In this document: positions 37,716 to 50,564 of the stretch, piece after piece
How the letters are laid out: each line of letters begins with the position of its first letter
How positions within the stretch are numbered: position 1 is the stretch's first letter
Source of the DNA: Schmidtea polychroa
Taxonomy: Eukaryota
Reading direction: 5' to 3'
Length of the DNA: 60,000 nucleotides
Assembly (NCBI GenBank): GCA_044892525.1
Contig: CM097885.1
Coordinates: 14,386,001-14,446,000, forward strand
The notes under the pieces: generated by a model
What the model was told of the DNA's origin: nothing
The model's database searches: none
The model's input: the letters and a program-made list of their open reading frames with translations, nothing else
Position numbers and translations under genes: made by a program

Positions 37716-38082
37716 CTGAGAAAAATGTCAGAAAAATACGTCATTAATAATTTTAAAATTTTATAATCTGTTATTGTAATTGTATTGTATTTAATTTCAT
37801 TGAGATTGTACTTAATATATGTTTAATGAAAATGCAATAAATAATTGTGATTGTACTTTAATATCATTGTGTGTACTTCTTAATACATATACGAGTATTT
37901 AATAAAAATGTAATAAATAATAATTAACCTTTAATACTGTCTTTTATTTTTTAAAATTTTTTATAATCAATGGCGAAGGCGTAAGTCAAAGCCAAAAAAG
38001 AAATAAACAATTTTTTTTGAAACGTGTAGGACTCCTTGCTATTTTTAAGCCCTGGGCCCTCAAAAGGCTAGATTCGTCCCTG
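36938..38082 (+). mobile_element. Non-autonomous hAT element (duplicated left half at 35920-~36698)
   Basis: TIRs CAGGGACGGATCTA / TAGATTCGTCCCTG; perfect 8-bp TSD ATCTTAAT; remnant IPITNCEVERSFSRMSYIKNK. Confidence 0.93.
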
Positions 38083-38398
38083 ATCTTAATGGTCATAAAC
38101 TTCCATTTACTACCTGGTTTTGCCACGGATTTGGATTATTGAAAATATAAATTTCATATTTCCTTACATTTCGCTGAAATACTTTAAAATTGAGTGTGGT
38201 CAAATAAAATGCTTGTAAGGTATTCATTGACCAATCATTTTACAGGTTCTCGCAGTTTTATTGAAACAGCGTATTAAAAAAGTGTCATACACGATATTGA
38301 TATCTTCGATCTTATAAAAATTTTTATTAATTAACACCCTACAAAAATGCAATGTAAAAAAACATAACAGTTACATTATAGGTAGGTTCAGTTATAAG

Positions 38399-39193
38399 TG
38401 ATGGGGTTGTTATTGAAATGTGAAATTAACAATTATTAATCTGACTCCAAGCGTGTTTTGAAATATTAACAACAATGACAAGTTATCGATAGTACCAATA
38501 TTTATTGTCTAATGCAATTGCACAAAAGATTCAGCACTCCAAAGAGCAATAGACCAATTCAATGAACGCTACTTTACCTCTCGATAGTACCGACTCTATA
38601 TATTTGTACCAATTGGCTGATTACTTGAACTTATGTTTCCACTTTCTCTAATCTTTCTGATACCTTATATTCAATTAATTAATATAAATTATGAATTTTC
38701 AGTTTCTACAAATTTTCTATTTTTCTTCTGTCCGACTCTATTTGTGTCGCTGTTTTTTAGCTTGTAATTCGCTGACAGTTATAAATAATTAAATGTTGTT
38801 TTCGTTTTTCAATTTTAACTCCAAATAATCTCTGGCTAATTCCTCTATTATCTCATACAACTGTCGAGTAATAAAGCTCACTTGATTCTGCCTTCTTCTT
38901 TTCGATTTCCCTTGTGATTTATCTGTTATCGCAGACAAACTGTCGATATATAGAAATTCGATTTCGTTTTTGTTTTTCCTTTTTCAATTTGTATTTGTTA
39001 ATTAAGATTGACCTTGTCGTATTTCATTGTTTGATTTTATAGATCGCTTACCATTTTCTTTTCATTTTTCTATTTCTTCCCCTTTCTACTGCTTTTCAGA
39101 ACTCTAAAGCAACATACAGTATATGGTATATCTTTGTCCTCACTTCTTTTGGACACTTAATTATTTAATTTTATTATTTAGGTATTCTCAACA
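38399..39193. mobile_element. Solo LTR (TGATG..CAACA), 4-bp TSD TAAG
   Basis: Termini and TSD read directly; shares AATCTGACTCCAAGCG with the other LTRs. Confidence 0.82.
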
Positions 39194-39369
39194 TAAGTTT
39201 TAGTCTTTTAATTGTAGGTCTTTTCACTTTGAAAACGCGCTAGCTCACTAACAATAGAAAGTTGTTTAGGTTATCAGTTTTGTTGTGATTCATGTAGAAA
39301 TAAGTACCTTCTGTGAAATACTGCTATTAATGATTTTCTGCCAGCCATCTTACAATCAAATTGTAAATG

Positions 39370-39666
39370 AAAATTAAACGAAAAGAAGTTAGTTGAGTAC
39401 TTGAATAAAGTTATGAAGAAGGTTACAGAAAACAACCAACTCAAAGTCCCAGTTGATAAACTAATCAGAGTGCTATTCTTCACTAAGTGTTGCAAAAAGC
39501 ATTGTATAGTCACCGAGCGGAGTGTTGAATTGATTGTCAGTGTAAAGTGAAAATTATTTGTGATCAGTAAAGATTTCTGTTGTCAAGTGTCATTTGTGGA
39601 TAAATCAAAGACACGCCTGGAGTCAGAGTAAGAAATTTGATTTATCACCAACCCAATAACCCAACA
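39370..39666. repeat. Truncated LTR fragment of the 23975-24991 family
   Basis: Similar to ~24658-24991; ends AACCCAACA. Confidence 0.8.
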
Positions 39667-40130
39667 AGAAGTAAGATATGCAAGATTAGGAATGATTTTT
39701 GTGGTTAATCGTGTTGATTTTAATATTGAAACATGAGAGACAAAGAAATTTCTCGCAATAATTGTTGAGAGTTCAGAGTATATCAAAATTGCTAGCTTAA
39801 TTCATATTTAGTTTCTTGGTCGAAAATGGATAAAGGTAAACCGATTGGCGTCAGCGAAAGTTTTGTAAAATTCGATCTATTTATTTACTAGATTAACAAA
39901 TAGCAGAATTTGTCCTTATGAAAGACATCCTGATTTGAAATTTTAGAAGAAAAAGTGATTGCCACAAGACTTGTATCTTGACAAATGTGAATGAGAATAA
40001 TATATGAAATTATGCTTTAAATTAAATAAAGTTTCAATATTGTTATTAAGACCTGGGTTAATTGATATAGAACACATTGAGTGAGAAATTATGTTAGAAA
40101 TAGCGATAATAGAATTTCAATATCATAATT

Positions 40131-40217
40131 GTTGAGATGAGCATCGGTGGTCCGGGGTGCAGGCTTCAAACCTGTAGTTGGTTGACACCGAAGTGTTTCG
40201 ATTCCACCTTTCCAGCG
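40131..40217 (+). pseudogene. tRNA-Sec: tRNA-Sec (UCA) copy 1, probably decayed
   Basis: Six substitutions versus copies 3/4, giving mismatches in the acceptor, D and T stems; upstream TATA block replaced. Confidence 0.8.
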
Positions 40218-40454
40218 ATTTTTGAAAATTTTCTTACTTACCCAATTTTACATATTTGCATTCCATTAATATAATTTCTCTCATAATATAATATTATAAT
40301 CATAAATATTATCAATCCTACTGATTAGGGGCCAATTTTGATAATCTCAACTGCGCTTATCATGAAGTTGAATTACAATTGCTTTTACTTGCAAGGGCCA
40401 CCCTTTATAATTAAATTTGTTCAAAAATCTAAAATTTCTATAGTTTTTCTATTC

Positions 40455-40492
40455 TACCTGACGATGACATGAAAACTGTCGAAATATATCGA
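40455..40492 (+). ncRNA. Minimal hammerhead motif in a Penelope-derived pLTR fragment (more decayed copy at ~44456-44493)
   Basis: CTGACGA-T-GACA-7nt-TGTC-GAAA-TATA-TC; flanks homologous to ~17210-17318; stem I weak. Confidence 0.55.
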
Positions 40493-41145
40493 TAAACAAA
40501 TTTTGAATGGTGTTTCTTATAAATTAATTATTATAATAATTCGACATTGTATTATTTTATAACATATTTTATGAAAAAAAAATGTTTAAATAAGAAGACA
40601 AATATTACATACAAGAATAAAAATATATATACTAGCATATGGCGTCGCTCGGAGAGGTAAGAAGAGCCATCGCCCTCTGAAAACTTTGGCCTAAAAACAT
40701 GGATTAAGTTGAACTTTGTTAGGAAGGTCAGATTTTGTATTAGATTGTATGGAAACATGAGCCAAAGTTAAGAATCGTCCTAGGTGGCACATAATACAAT
40801 TCTACTAATAAATTAATCAGTAGTTAATTTTTTTCACATTTTGATTTCGATATATAAATGTATTTTATCACTGAATAATTTATATTTATATTTAATTTTC
40901 AAAATTTTATGACAGAAATAAAAGAATTGATTACCTCAAGAATATAATTATGAGATAAAGGGTGGCCCTTGCAAGTAAAAGCAATTGTAATTCAACTCCA
41001 TGATAATAGCAGTTGAGATTATCAAAATTGGCCCCTAATCAGTAGGATTTATAATATTTATGATTATAATATTATTTTATGAGAGAAATTATATTAATGG
41101 AATGCAAATATGTAAAATTGGGTAAAAAAGAAAATTTTCAAAAAT

Positions 41146-41232
41146 CGCTGGAAAGGTGGAATCGAACCACTTCGGTGTCAACCGACTACAGATCTGAAGC
41201 CTGCACCCCGGACCGCCGAGGCTCATCCCAGC
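41146..41232 (-). tRNA. tRNA-Sec: tRNA-Sec (UCA) copy 2, variant with A37G and C39U
   Basis: Identical to copies 3/4 except the anticodon arm, GGCTTCAGATCTGT vs GGCTTCAAACCTGT; upstream TATA and T5 terminator retained. Confidence 0.9.
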
Positions 41233-41838
41233 AATTATAAATATCTAATTCTCTTATAAATAGATTATAAACACTTTACATTTTATTTATAATTATTATT
41301 GCAACAAATTATTTATCGTAAATTAATTAAAGTCCAGTACAAAGTTGATGTTATCGATATCTCTAGCAAATATATTAATAATTTTATTAACATCTCCATT
41401 AATGTCCAGGAGTATTTCTAATATTGGCTCCGAACTATGCTTTCAATTAGAAAACATTTATAAAATATTACCTCATTTCTACATATGTCTGAAATGGAAG
41501 AATATTTTGTAAAAGAAACAAGTACAATAGAATGATATTCACGAATATTCATCAATATGTTTCCGGGAAAGAAATGCAAAACAAGGCATGTGCCGGACAT
41601 TTTAGGAGAATAGTGAAACAAGCCACAAAATACATAAAGATAAAGTAAGAATTGAATTGTTGATTTTTTGAGAAGGCTTTTGAAATTATTAGAGTTGCAA
41701 GAGATATCGATAACATGGACTTTGTGTTTTAATTTAATTAATTTACAAATTTATTGAAATAATTTGCAGCAATAATAATTATAAATAAAATGTAAAGTGT
41801 ATATAATCTATTTATAAGAGAATTAGAAATTCATGATT

Positions 41839-41925
41839 GCTGGGATGAGCCTCGGCGGTCCGGGGTGCAGGCTTCAAACCTGTAGTCGGTTGACACCGAA
41901 GTGGTTCGATTCCACCTTTCCAGCG
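41839..41925 (+). tRNA. tRNA-Sec: tRNA-Sec (UCA) copy 3, canonical
   Basis: 87 nt GCTGGGATGAGCCTCGGCGGTCCGGGGTGCAGGCTTCAAACCTGTAG..GTGGTTCGATTCCACCTTTCCAGCG. 6-bp D stem, 4-bp T stem, long variable arm, G73; TATTTATAA at -30 and TTTTT downstream. Confidence 0.97.
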
Positions 41926-42659
41926 ATTTTTGAAAATTTTCTTTTTCACACAATTTTACATATTTGCATTCCATTAATATAATTTCTCTCATAATATAAA
42001 ATTATAATCATAAATATTATAAATCCTACTGGTTAGGGGCCAATTTTGATAATCTCAACTGCGATTATCATGGAGTTGAATTACAATTGCTTTTACTTGC
42101 AAGGGCCACCCTTTATCTCATCATCATATTCTTTAAGTAATCAATTCTTTTATTTCTGTCATAAAATTTTAAAAATTAAATATAAATATAAATTATTCAG
42201 TGATAAAATTCATTTATATATCGAAATCAAAATGTGAAAAGAATTAACTACTGATTAATTTATCAGTAGAATTGAATTATTCAATAAAATTAAGTTTTTA
42301 CTTTATTAATTAATAATGAATTATGTCATTTTATCACAATATATTTATAAATAAAAGTTATAAATAAAATAATAAATTAGTTTGTATAGTTTTCTGATTC
42401 CGCATAACAATACAGTGCATAAAATTCTAATGCAAATTAATTATATATTCAAAAATGCAGTGGCGTAGCTAGAATATGTGCCTCCTGGGGCGATCCTTAA
42501 CTTTGCCTCCTGTCCCCATATAATTATCTAACACAAGTCTGATCTAACTAAGAATGTGTAATAAATATATTTTTATCCTTTATGTAAAATATTTATTTTC
42601 TCATTTAAACATTATGTTGTAATAAAATATGTTATAAAATAATGCATGGTCAATTTATT

Positions 42660-42869
42660 GAGTATAGGACAATATCCCCTCGGACAATATCCCCTCGGAC
42701 AATATCCACCTGGACAAATACCCCCCCCCCACTCTTGTTAATAATGCATATATTTTAGTATGAATATAATAATAAAGACAGTGTAGTTTATTAACAAGTA
42801 ATTATTAATTAATTGCCCGGGGGATATTGTCCAGGATGATATTGTTATGGGGATATTGTCCTTATACCC
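42660..42869. mobile_element. MITE (MULE-like) with GGACAATATCCCC subterminal repeats, 8-9 bp TSD (C)AATTTATT
   Basis: Inverted arrays of GGACAATATCC at both ends; duplicated flank. Confidence 0.82.
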
Positions 42870-42922
42870 AATTTATTACAATAATTATGCTTATTGAATA
42901 AAATTGTGATAATTATTAATAT

Positions 42923-43736
42923 TGTTGGGGTTCAACAGGAGAGGCCCAAAAATGAGGTGAAAATCGATAAAAGACACTAAATTCAAAATAAAAATTTAAA
43001 GTACAAAATATTAATTAAAAATCAAAAATTTTAAAAATGAATATTTTCCGGGGGAAACTGGTATGGGCGGATGCTAAATAATGAGACGAGTTCAGCTATA
43101 ATAAAATAAAATCAATGGGGGGGTCCCAAAAAGGAATAAATTGCAAAAAAACAAAAATTAATTAAAAATTAATTAACTAATGGAGAACCCGAGCGAATTG
43201 AGAAAACCTGAATTAGCAATCCAATTTTGGGAAGGTAATTAATTTAGCCGAATAAAATAAAAGTGATAAGAGCCGTCAAAGAAAAGGGGCAATTCCCTTA
43301 AATTGAATTAGACCTACAAAAGGAAGCCCGGGGGAAGTTAGACCCAAACTAATTTACCAAAATAAAGTCAATTACCAAGTGAGTATAAAAGCAACTGGCA
43401 AGAAAACAAAACTGCCAGTTGGTCGAAGAAAAGAAAATAGAAGTTTGATGAGAGCGAAAAAGGAAACATTCAAATTAGTAGAAAATAAACAATTTAAAAA
43501 TCGAACGTACCAGAAAGGGACATCTCCCGTTGGAAGATCTACCCCTGTGTGAGATTTGTTGGCAAATTGAAAAGTGCAGACAAAACCTAATTGTATCAAG
43601 TGTGAGTAAACTAATAAAAGTGTAAAAGTGTAACTGCATCAATGTCAATAAAGATTTTGTGTTGGGTCGTTTATTTATTTTGAAAAGAACACAAAGGAGT
43701 CAGACCGTAGTACCGACTTACATTAAAAACCCAACA
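42923..43736. mobile_element. Solo LTR (TGTTG..CAACA), TSD ATAT, upstream of tRNA-Sec copy 4
   Basis: Termini and TSD read directly; the empty site is visible in reverse at ~41362-41384. Confidence 0.9.
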
Positions 43737-43879
43737 ATATATTTGCTAGAGATATCGATAACATCAACTTTGTACTGGACTTTAATTAATTTACGATAAA
43801 TAATTAGTTGCAATAATAATTATAAATAAAATGTAAAGTGTATATAATCTATTTATAAGAGAATTAGAAATGCATGATT

Positions 43880-43966
43880 GCTGGGATGAGCCTCGGCGGT
43901 CCGGGGTGCAGGCTTCAAACCTGTAGTCGGTTGACACCGAAGTGGTTCGATTCCACCTTTCCAGCG
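43880..43966 (+). tRNA. tRNA-Sec: tRNA-Sec (UCA) copy 4, canonical
   Basis: Identical to copy 3, with the same TATA and terminator context. Confidence 0.97.
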
Positions 43967-44672
43967 ATTTTTGAAAATTTTCTTTTTCACACAATTTTAC
44001 ATATTTGCATTCCATTAATATAATTTCTCTCATAATATAATATTATAATCATAAATATTATCAATCCTACTGATTAGGGGCCAATTTTGATAATCTCAAC
44101 AGCGATTATCATGAAGTTGAATTACAATTGCTTTAACTTGCAAGGGTCACCCTTTATCTCATCATCATATACCTTAGGTAATCAATTCTTTTAGCGTGTC
44201 GTAAAATTTTGAAAATTAAATATAAATGTAATTTATTCAGTGATAAAATTCATTTATATATCGATATCAAAATGTGAAAAGAATTATTTACTGATTAATT
44301 TGTCAGTAGAATTGAATTATTCAATAAAATTAAGATTTTACTAAAATGATTTATCATATAAATTATAATTTTTATAATTAAAAAAAATATTTTTTATTAA
44401 AAGAATACATTTAATAAATTTGTTAAAAAATCTTAAATTTCTAGTTTTTCTATTCTACCTGACGATGATATGAAAACTGTTGACATATATCGTTAAACAA
44501 ATGTTTGGATAGCGCTTTCTTATAAATGAATTATTATAATAATTTGACAATGTATTATTTTATAATATATTTTATGAAAACAAAAATATGTTTAAATAAG
44601 AAGACAAATATTACATACAAGGATAAAAATATATACGAGCACATAATATGTGAAGTGTAACTGGCGTCGCTT

Positions 44673-47471
44673 TGTTGGGCTGAGGGCTGAAATATTCACA
44701 CCGTTTCTTAATTTTTATTTTTTTTCTGTTAAAACAATACCTGGTAGTGCAGTGGAATAGTCAGTAAAATAAAATAAAAATGAAAACATGATAGTTAAAT
44801 ATATAAAATAAGGCAAAATACCAACTGAAATAAGAATAGCTAAATAAGTATAATTGACAATAAACCAATAACTAACAATGAAATAGGAAACAAGTAAAAT
44901 AATAAAAAAGTGAAATTAAAGGAAAAAAATAAATAAACCAAATTAACTAATTCAAAAAGAAGAGGAAAAAATAAAAATAAATAGACCATTTAATTAATAA
45001 AAAGTAGCCAGGAAAAAGAAAGCCAAAACATAAAAATAAAATAATTGGAAAATAAATTATGTGCAACCAATCACATCCAGTGAATTATGAATTAAAAAAA
45101 TAAATGAATAAAACTACACTAGGTTAATTTTGATTGGTCAAATGACCGACCCGAAAACTATATATACAACAGATTAAAATGACAATTCCACAGTCATTTT
45201 TTAATCGCTACAGGTAAAATTAATTTTTAATTTTTTAGACTGTCATTTTTTAATCACTACAGACTTCCACGAGCCATCAACTCAATATTATCTACTATTC
45301 TATAAAGCTATACGGGAGTCATTCTAGTTTTCAGTCCGACGCAATTATCACCCGAGGTTCGATTTTATCATTTGAGGATTTAGCATTCAGTATACGAGGA
45401 ATTCATTTGTATTTGAGAACCCTGGAGTTATTTGTTTATCGTTAAAAGTTTTATTATTTTCATAGAATTTGTGCCATGTATATAAATATTAATTAAATAT
45501 TTTAACTGTAAATGTCTTCATTCTTTATCACAACAGGAATTAATCGTAAAATTTATTTAATGACAATTTCGTAAAAAATCAGTAAAGTAAAATGATAATA
45601 TATAATGTTACCAACGGGTTGATCTAGTGGAAATGTCATCGAAATAAGCGGAATTGAGGACAGTGTTTCATGATCAAGGCACCTTCGGGAAGCTTGGCGG
45701 GTGGGAATGCTGGATCTTCAATCGTTTGGCTGACTTTGGGGCAGTAATGTGAAGGTTTCTCAGCAATTTACTGTCAAAGATTTACACTACAAAGGCAAAT
45801 GACAGGTGTATACGATAAATTTTGATAAATGAAAAATTTCACGATAAACGATAATAATAATGTTGATGAATAAAGTTCATTCAACAAAAACATAATATTC
45901 AAGCTCAGATCGATTTAGAACATTTATAAAACTTTGTTTGAGACAAGGTAGGACACACCGACAGTTCTTTCTTGTAACCATTTACTACAGACAACTCTCG
46001 GTAAGCGTTCCGTTTTCGACCAATGTTTTCTATGAAATCTTACTATAAATTAACAATAATCAAACTAATCGGCTAGGAATAGAAATATATTAACGTAATA
46101 ATTTATCAAATTTTCATTTTGTTGGGGTCGTCAGTGATATCAAAATCCTCCTTACTCCTCACACCTGCAGTTCATCTAATTTTCTTTTGATCATTTGGTG
46201 TACCGATCCATATCTTCAATGTGTGATACACCTGTTTCATTTTTTTCTCGTTAACTTCCTAAATGTTTATTTTCTAGAGAAAAAGTGTCCCAACCACCAA
46301 GACTCCTATTCGGCCTTGTTTCTCTTGTGCTGACAAAAACACCATCATCCGAACTCTTCAAACTCAGCTCAAGAAAAAGATCGATCATCTCGAGGGAACC
46401 TGGTTTTCCACAACCCAACTGCAGGAGGTAAAGAAGAAATTGTTCCGTAGTGAACAATGCAGAGATCCCTCATAAAAGAGCCACCAGAGGTCCTACACAA
46501 GGTCTATTTGCAGGCCACCATTACAAAGTAGATAGTAGATATCGCGAACGCCGAAGCAGGTAATCTCTTCCCTCTCCATCACGATCAGTTGGATCATTTT
46601 AATATCTCACCTAAAAGGGGTGTTGCAACTGTATCTCCTTCCACATCAGAAGTAGTTATTACAGGCACTAGCCGAGTGTCATCGAGAATTTATCAATTTT
46701 CCGTTACACCCGAGAAAATTGCAGTGCAAGAAAGACACAAACGCCGGCATTTGTCACGAGCCGAGCGAAAGAAACGACACGAAATGGGACGACTTGACGG
46801 ACAAGCCAAGAAAAACCTCGCCTATGAACAATCATATAATAGTAACGTTCCAGTGCAGTCATCCGGCATGGCACCAGGTTTTCGCGTGGTAACGACCACA
46901 GGTGTGATTTGGGAAGAGAATATGGCCGAGCAATTCAATTTCGAAGCTCTGTTCACTGAAGCGGCCGTGGATAGAACTTGAGTTATGATCTCTTCTAATT
47001 TTTCGATGTTTCACATTAAACAACTGGACTGAACTTATCCGATGTTTTCGTTTTATTTCTTTTGTGATGTCATTAATGTGGTTGTGTTATACTTGTCGTA
47101 GTAATAAATTGTCCTGTGTCATTGGTTCGTTGATTATATCGTAATAACTAGATAAAAGCGTCAAGCGTTGATGAAATGGTGATACTGTGGTCCTCCCAGG
47201 ATACCTTGAGGCAGGTTAAATGAAAGTTACGACGGAATGGTATGAGAAAATTGTGTGAAGATAAGATGTAGGTCCTTCTACCGTCAATCAGATGAAGTGA
47301 GTCGGAAGGGGAAGCAGCACCAACATGTCGCAAGTCATGGGCACCATGGTGTGAGAACGGTCATTTGGCATACTGCTTAAGTCAACCTCAGCGGATGGAA
47401 CAATTGTGAGTGACCTTCATCCCTTAGGCATAACGCGCAAAATTCTTTCGTCAACCAGGTAGCACGCCACA
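44673..47471. mobile_element. ~2.8-kb composite LTR-like insertion (TGTTG start; nested TGTTGGGG at 46120)
   Basis: Splits GGCGTCGCT|GGAGAGG, which is contiguous at ~40641-40657; imperfect TSD GCTT/ACTT. Confidence 0.55.
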
Positions 47472-47899
47472 ACTTGGAGAGGTCAAGAAGAGCCACCTGC
47501 TTCTGCAAATTTTTGCCTACAAACATGAATTAAGTTGCAGTTTGTTAGGAAGGTCAGATTTTGTATTAGATAATTGTATGGGTACAGGAGGCAAAGTTAA
47601 GGATCGTCCTAGGTAGCACATATTTCAATTCTACTGATAAATTAATCAGTAATTAATTCTTTTGAAATTTTGATTATAAGACATTCGATTGATCTGAAAG
47701 AATACATTGTCATCGACGACGAATCTATCTGCCAAATTTCAGCTCGATCCGGTCAAGGAAAGTGGGTTAATTTTCCGTTGCAAGATCTGAGTGGCTCATA
47801 CAAACATACATACAAAGTGAAATTAATATAATGAGTTTAAAAATACAATTAAATGCAGCAATATATCAAACAGTATAAAACACGACTAAATATTATGCA

Positions 47900-48880
47900 T
47901 TTATTAATTATAACTTTGAATACAAAATGAAATGTTTATAATACAGATCAACTTTCTAACATAGAAATGTCTATAAGCGAAAAACCGAAAAATGCATAAA
48001 AACTTTATAAGGTCTGAATTGTTGCCAGCCGTGAAGATTAGAATTTGCAATCTGCTTACTGTCTTCAATGACTTTGAGGACAATATCGTAAGGACTTTGA
48101 TTATTATTGACACCTATTAAAACTTCGAGGTGTTGATAGAATTCATTTATTCCAATTCTTTTGATAAGTTTACAGTTAGACATTTTTTCATTTAGTTTCC
48201 TCTAGGATATTGAACATATGCGCACTTTCAGGATGATATTTGAATCTAATTTCACTAGCTATATTGATAGCAATGTTTACTACGCTTTTTAAATCGGCTG
48301 GATTAGTTGCAATCAATGCAATATCATCTGCATAAACTGACACAGAAGTTCCTGTTGTAAATAGGGTAATGTTTGACATGCTTATTGCCTCAAGTTCCGG
48401 ATTAATAGTTATTACACAGAGAATCATCCTTGCTTGACATTCGCTTTTATTGGAATGTCCGGTGTCTGCCTTTCTTACATCAATAAAAGGCAATAAACTC
48501 GTGTCAGTATTGAGCAATGTGAGGATGTTCACAAAATTCTCGCTTATGTTATATGTCTTAAAAAATCTATATGTGGAGCGCTTTCGAAAGCGTTTTTAAT
48601 ATCAAAACAGGCAATATTAATGATGACGATTTACTTTATTTCAAGTGCTCAACAATCGCAGAAAGAATTGAGTTATGTTCAGTACATCGTTCGTATTATC
48701 TGATCAAAGTATAACCGATTGTTAACTCTGATCCAGGAACTAAGTGGATTTGCGGAAACAGATATAAAAATTTTGTAAATCACTGACAAAGCAATTGAGA
48801 GAGACTGGATGTAGCTGCTGAGGTCGGGTATATTAAGGTATATATTAGGTGGTTTGACTAAGAATTCACACAATTCTTAA
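47900..48880 (-). pseudogene. Highly decayed non-LTR retrotransposon reverse transcriptase
   Basis: DIKNAFES (~48580-48603) and VYADDIALIA motifs in the expected order. Confidence 0.75.
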
Positions 48881-50564
48881 TATTGGTATTAAGCTGAATT
48901 TGTACAACCGGAGGGGGGTTAATGATAAAATAATAAATATTACAAATTTTTCTTTTTAAGGTTAACAGTTAGGTTTACAATTCAGACTAGTATTATAAGT
49001 GTTAATTTCAACTACTATATAACTCAAGGGGATACTTATGAAAAATGTAAATTATACTTTTATAAGTTCTAATATATTTATAAATACTTTATATTATTCG
49101 CATTGATCTTATTTTGATTATGATATAACTTAGGGGGGGAGGTCTTATGAAAAATTGTAAACTAAAATTTTATAAGTTTAATATATGCATTTATCAGTAA
49201 TTTTTTAAGTAGTTTTTAAAAAGTAATGGTTAAGTATGAATTATTTCATTTCATTACGTGTAGTGTAATAATTTTGAGTCTGGGGTTCTTCCCGTTTAAG
49301 CTCCTAGTGTCATGTAACTTCACAAGATGTTTAATGTTGGTTTAGATGTGTAAATTATTCATGGAAAAAAAGTCATTTAATGAAAGTTTACTTGTTTTCG
49401 TGACCGCACTGTGCTCACTACGACAAGCCCTAGTGTTATGTAGGTCGATACTATACTATCGATTTATTGATAATTCCATATCGAGTTCAGAGGAGCCCGT
49501 CGTACCATTTACCGAAGAATCTAGCGGCCTATACCACTAAGTCAGTGCGATCTCCGACGACCCCACTCCATATAAATATGAATAGATACATGTCAGGCAA
49601 TGACTGCAATCGCCGAGAGTTGTGGACCCAACAACGACGATGAATTAGTTAAATATAGGACTAGCTTAGTTCGTGTGAGATAAATCTACACAACGCCCCT
49701 AGTCACCCATATAGAAATAAAAAGCAAAAACAAATGATGTGGTTATCAATTAATAGCTAGTAATCATATAGATATAATGCAACATTTCTTACTCTTTAAA
49801 ATTTTCGGTTATTAGGATTCACAATTATCACAAAAAGTTTTTTGACATAAAGTGTATAATCAAAAATTTGACATAGAAGTGTTTGGTGACTGAAACATAT
49901 TAGTATATATACCTGGTTTTCGGTGTGCGAGTTCGTGTGCATGCATTAATGTAGTAAAACAAATTCGAATTATTTGTTTTTATTCTAGAAGTTTCTATTT
50001 TCAATTTTATCGATTTTCTTGATCGATTAATTTTTAATTGTTTAATGCAAATTTTCTTGAAATTTTTGTTTTTTAACTAAAATATTTATATTTTATTACT
50101 TTATTAGGTTTTCTGGCGGTCATACTGGATTTCGCCATTTTATGGGTTGTTCTGAATTTTTAATCTTAATTAGTTGTCATTTTCTCTAAGTTTTTTATTT
50201 AATTTTTCTTTACTTCGTTCGGATTTGTTTTTGGTTAGTTTGTGTTGGTTATATTTAAGTATAAGACTGAGTTGCATGCTATGTACCTACACATTTTATT
50301 TACGAATCTAGCTTTTGGGTCGAGAAATCAGCTCTAACCCAACACTATGTTAAACTCTATATCGGCCCATTTTCTACCGAAATCCGATTGACTACTTTGT
50401 TTTTAAATAAAGTGTTTTATTTTATCTATAACTGTCGTGGCTTTAATACGGAAGTACCAACAAATCTTTATAATAAATAACAGCCAAATTTCTATTCCAT
50501 TTTTTGGTTTCCATATGGATCCTAGTAAATAGATATGAGTCCACTATGAATAATTTTTTAAGTG

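Noticed and set aside
43791..44033. 80-aa ORF (and 42046-42237)
   Set aside because: Antisense to tRNA-Sec or within its repeated flank; no coding signal.
47675..47830. Helitron/HINE-like fragment (GCCAAATTTCAGCTCGATCCG..CATACAAACATACATAC)
   Set aside because: Resemblance only; no second copy or clear termini in the window.
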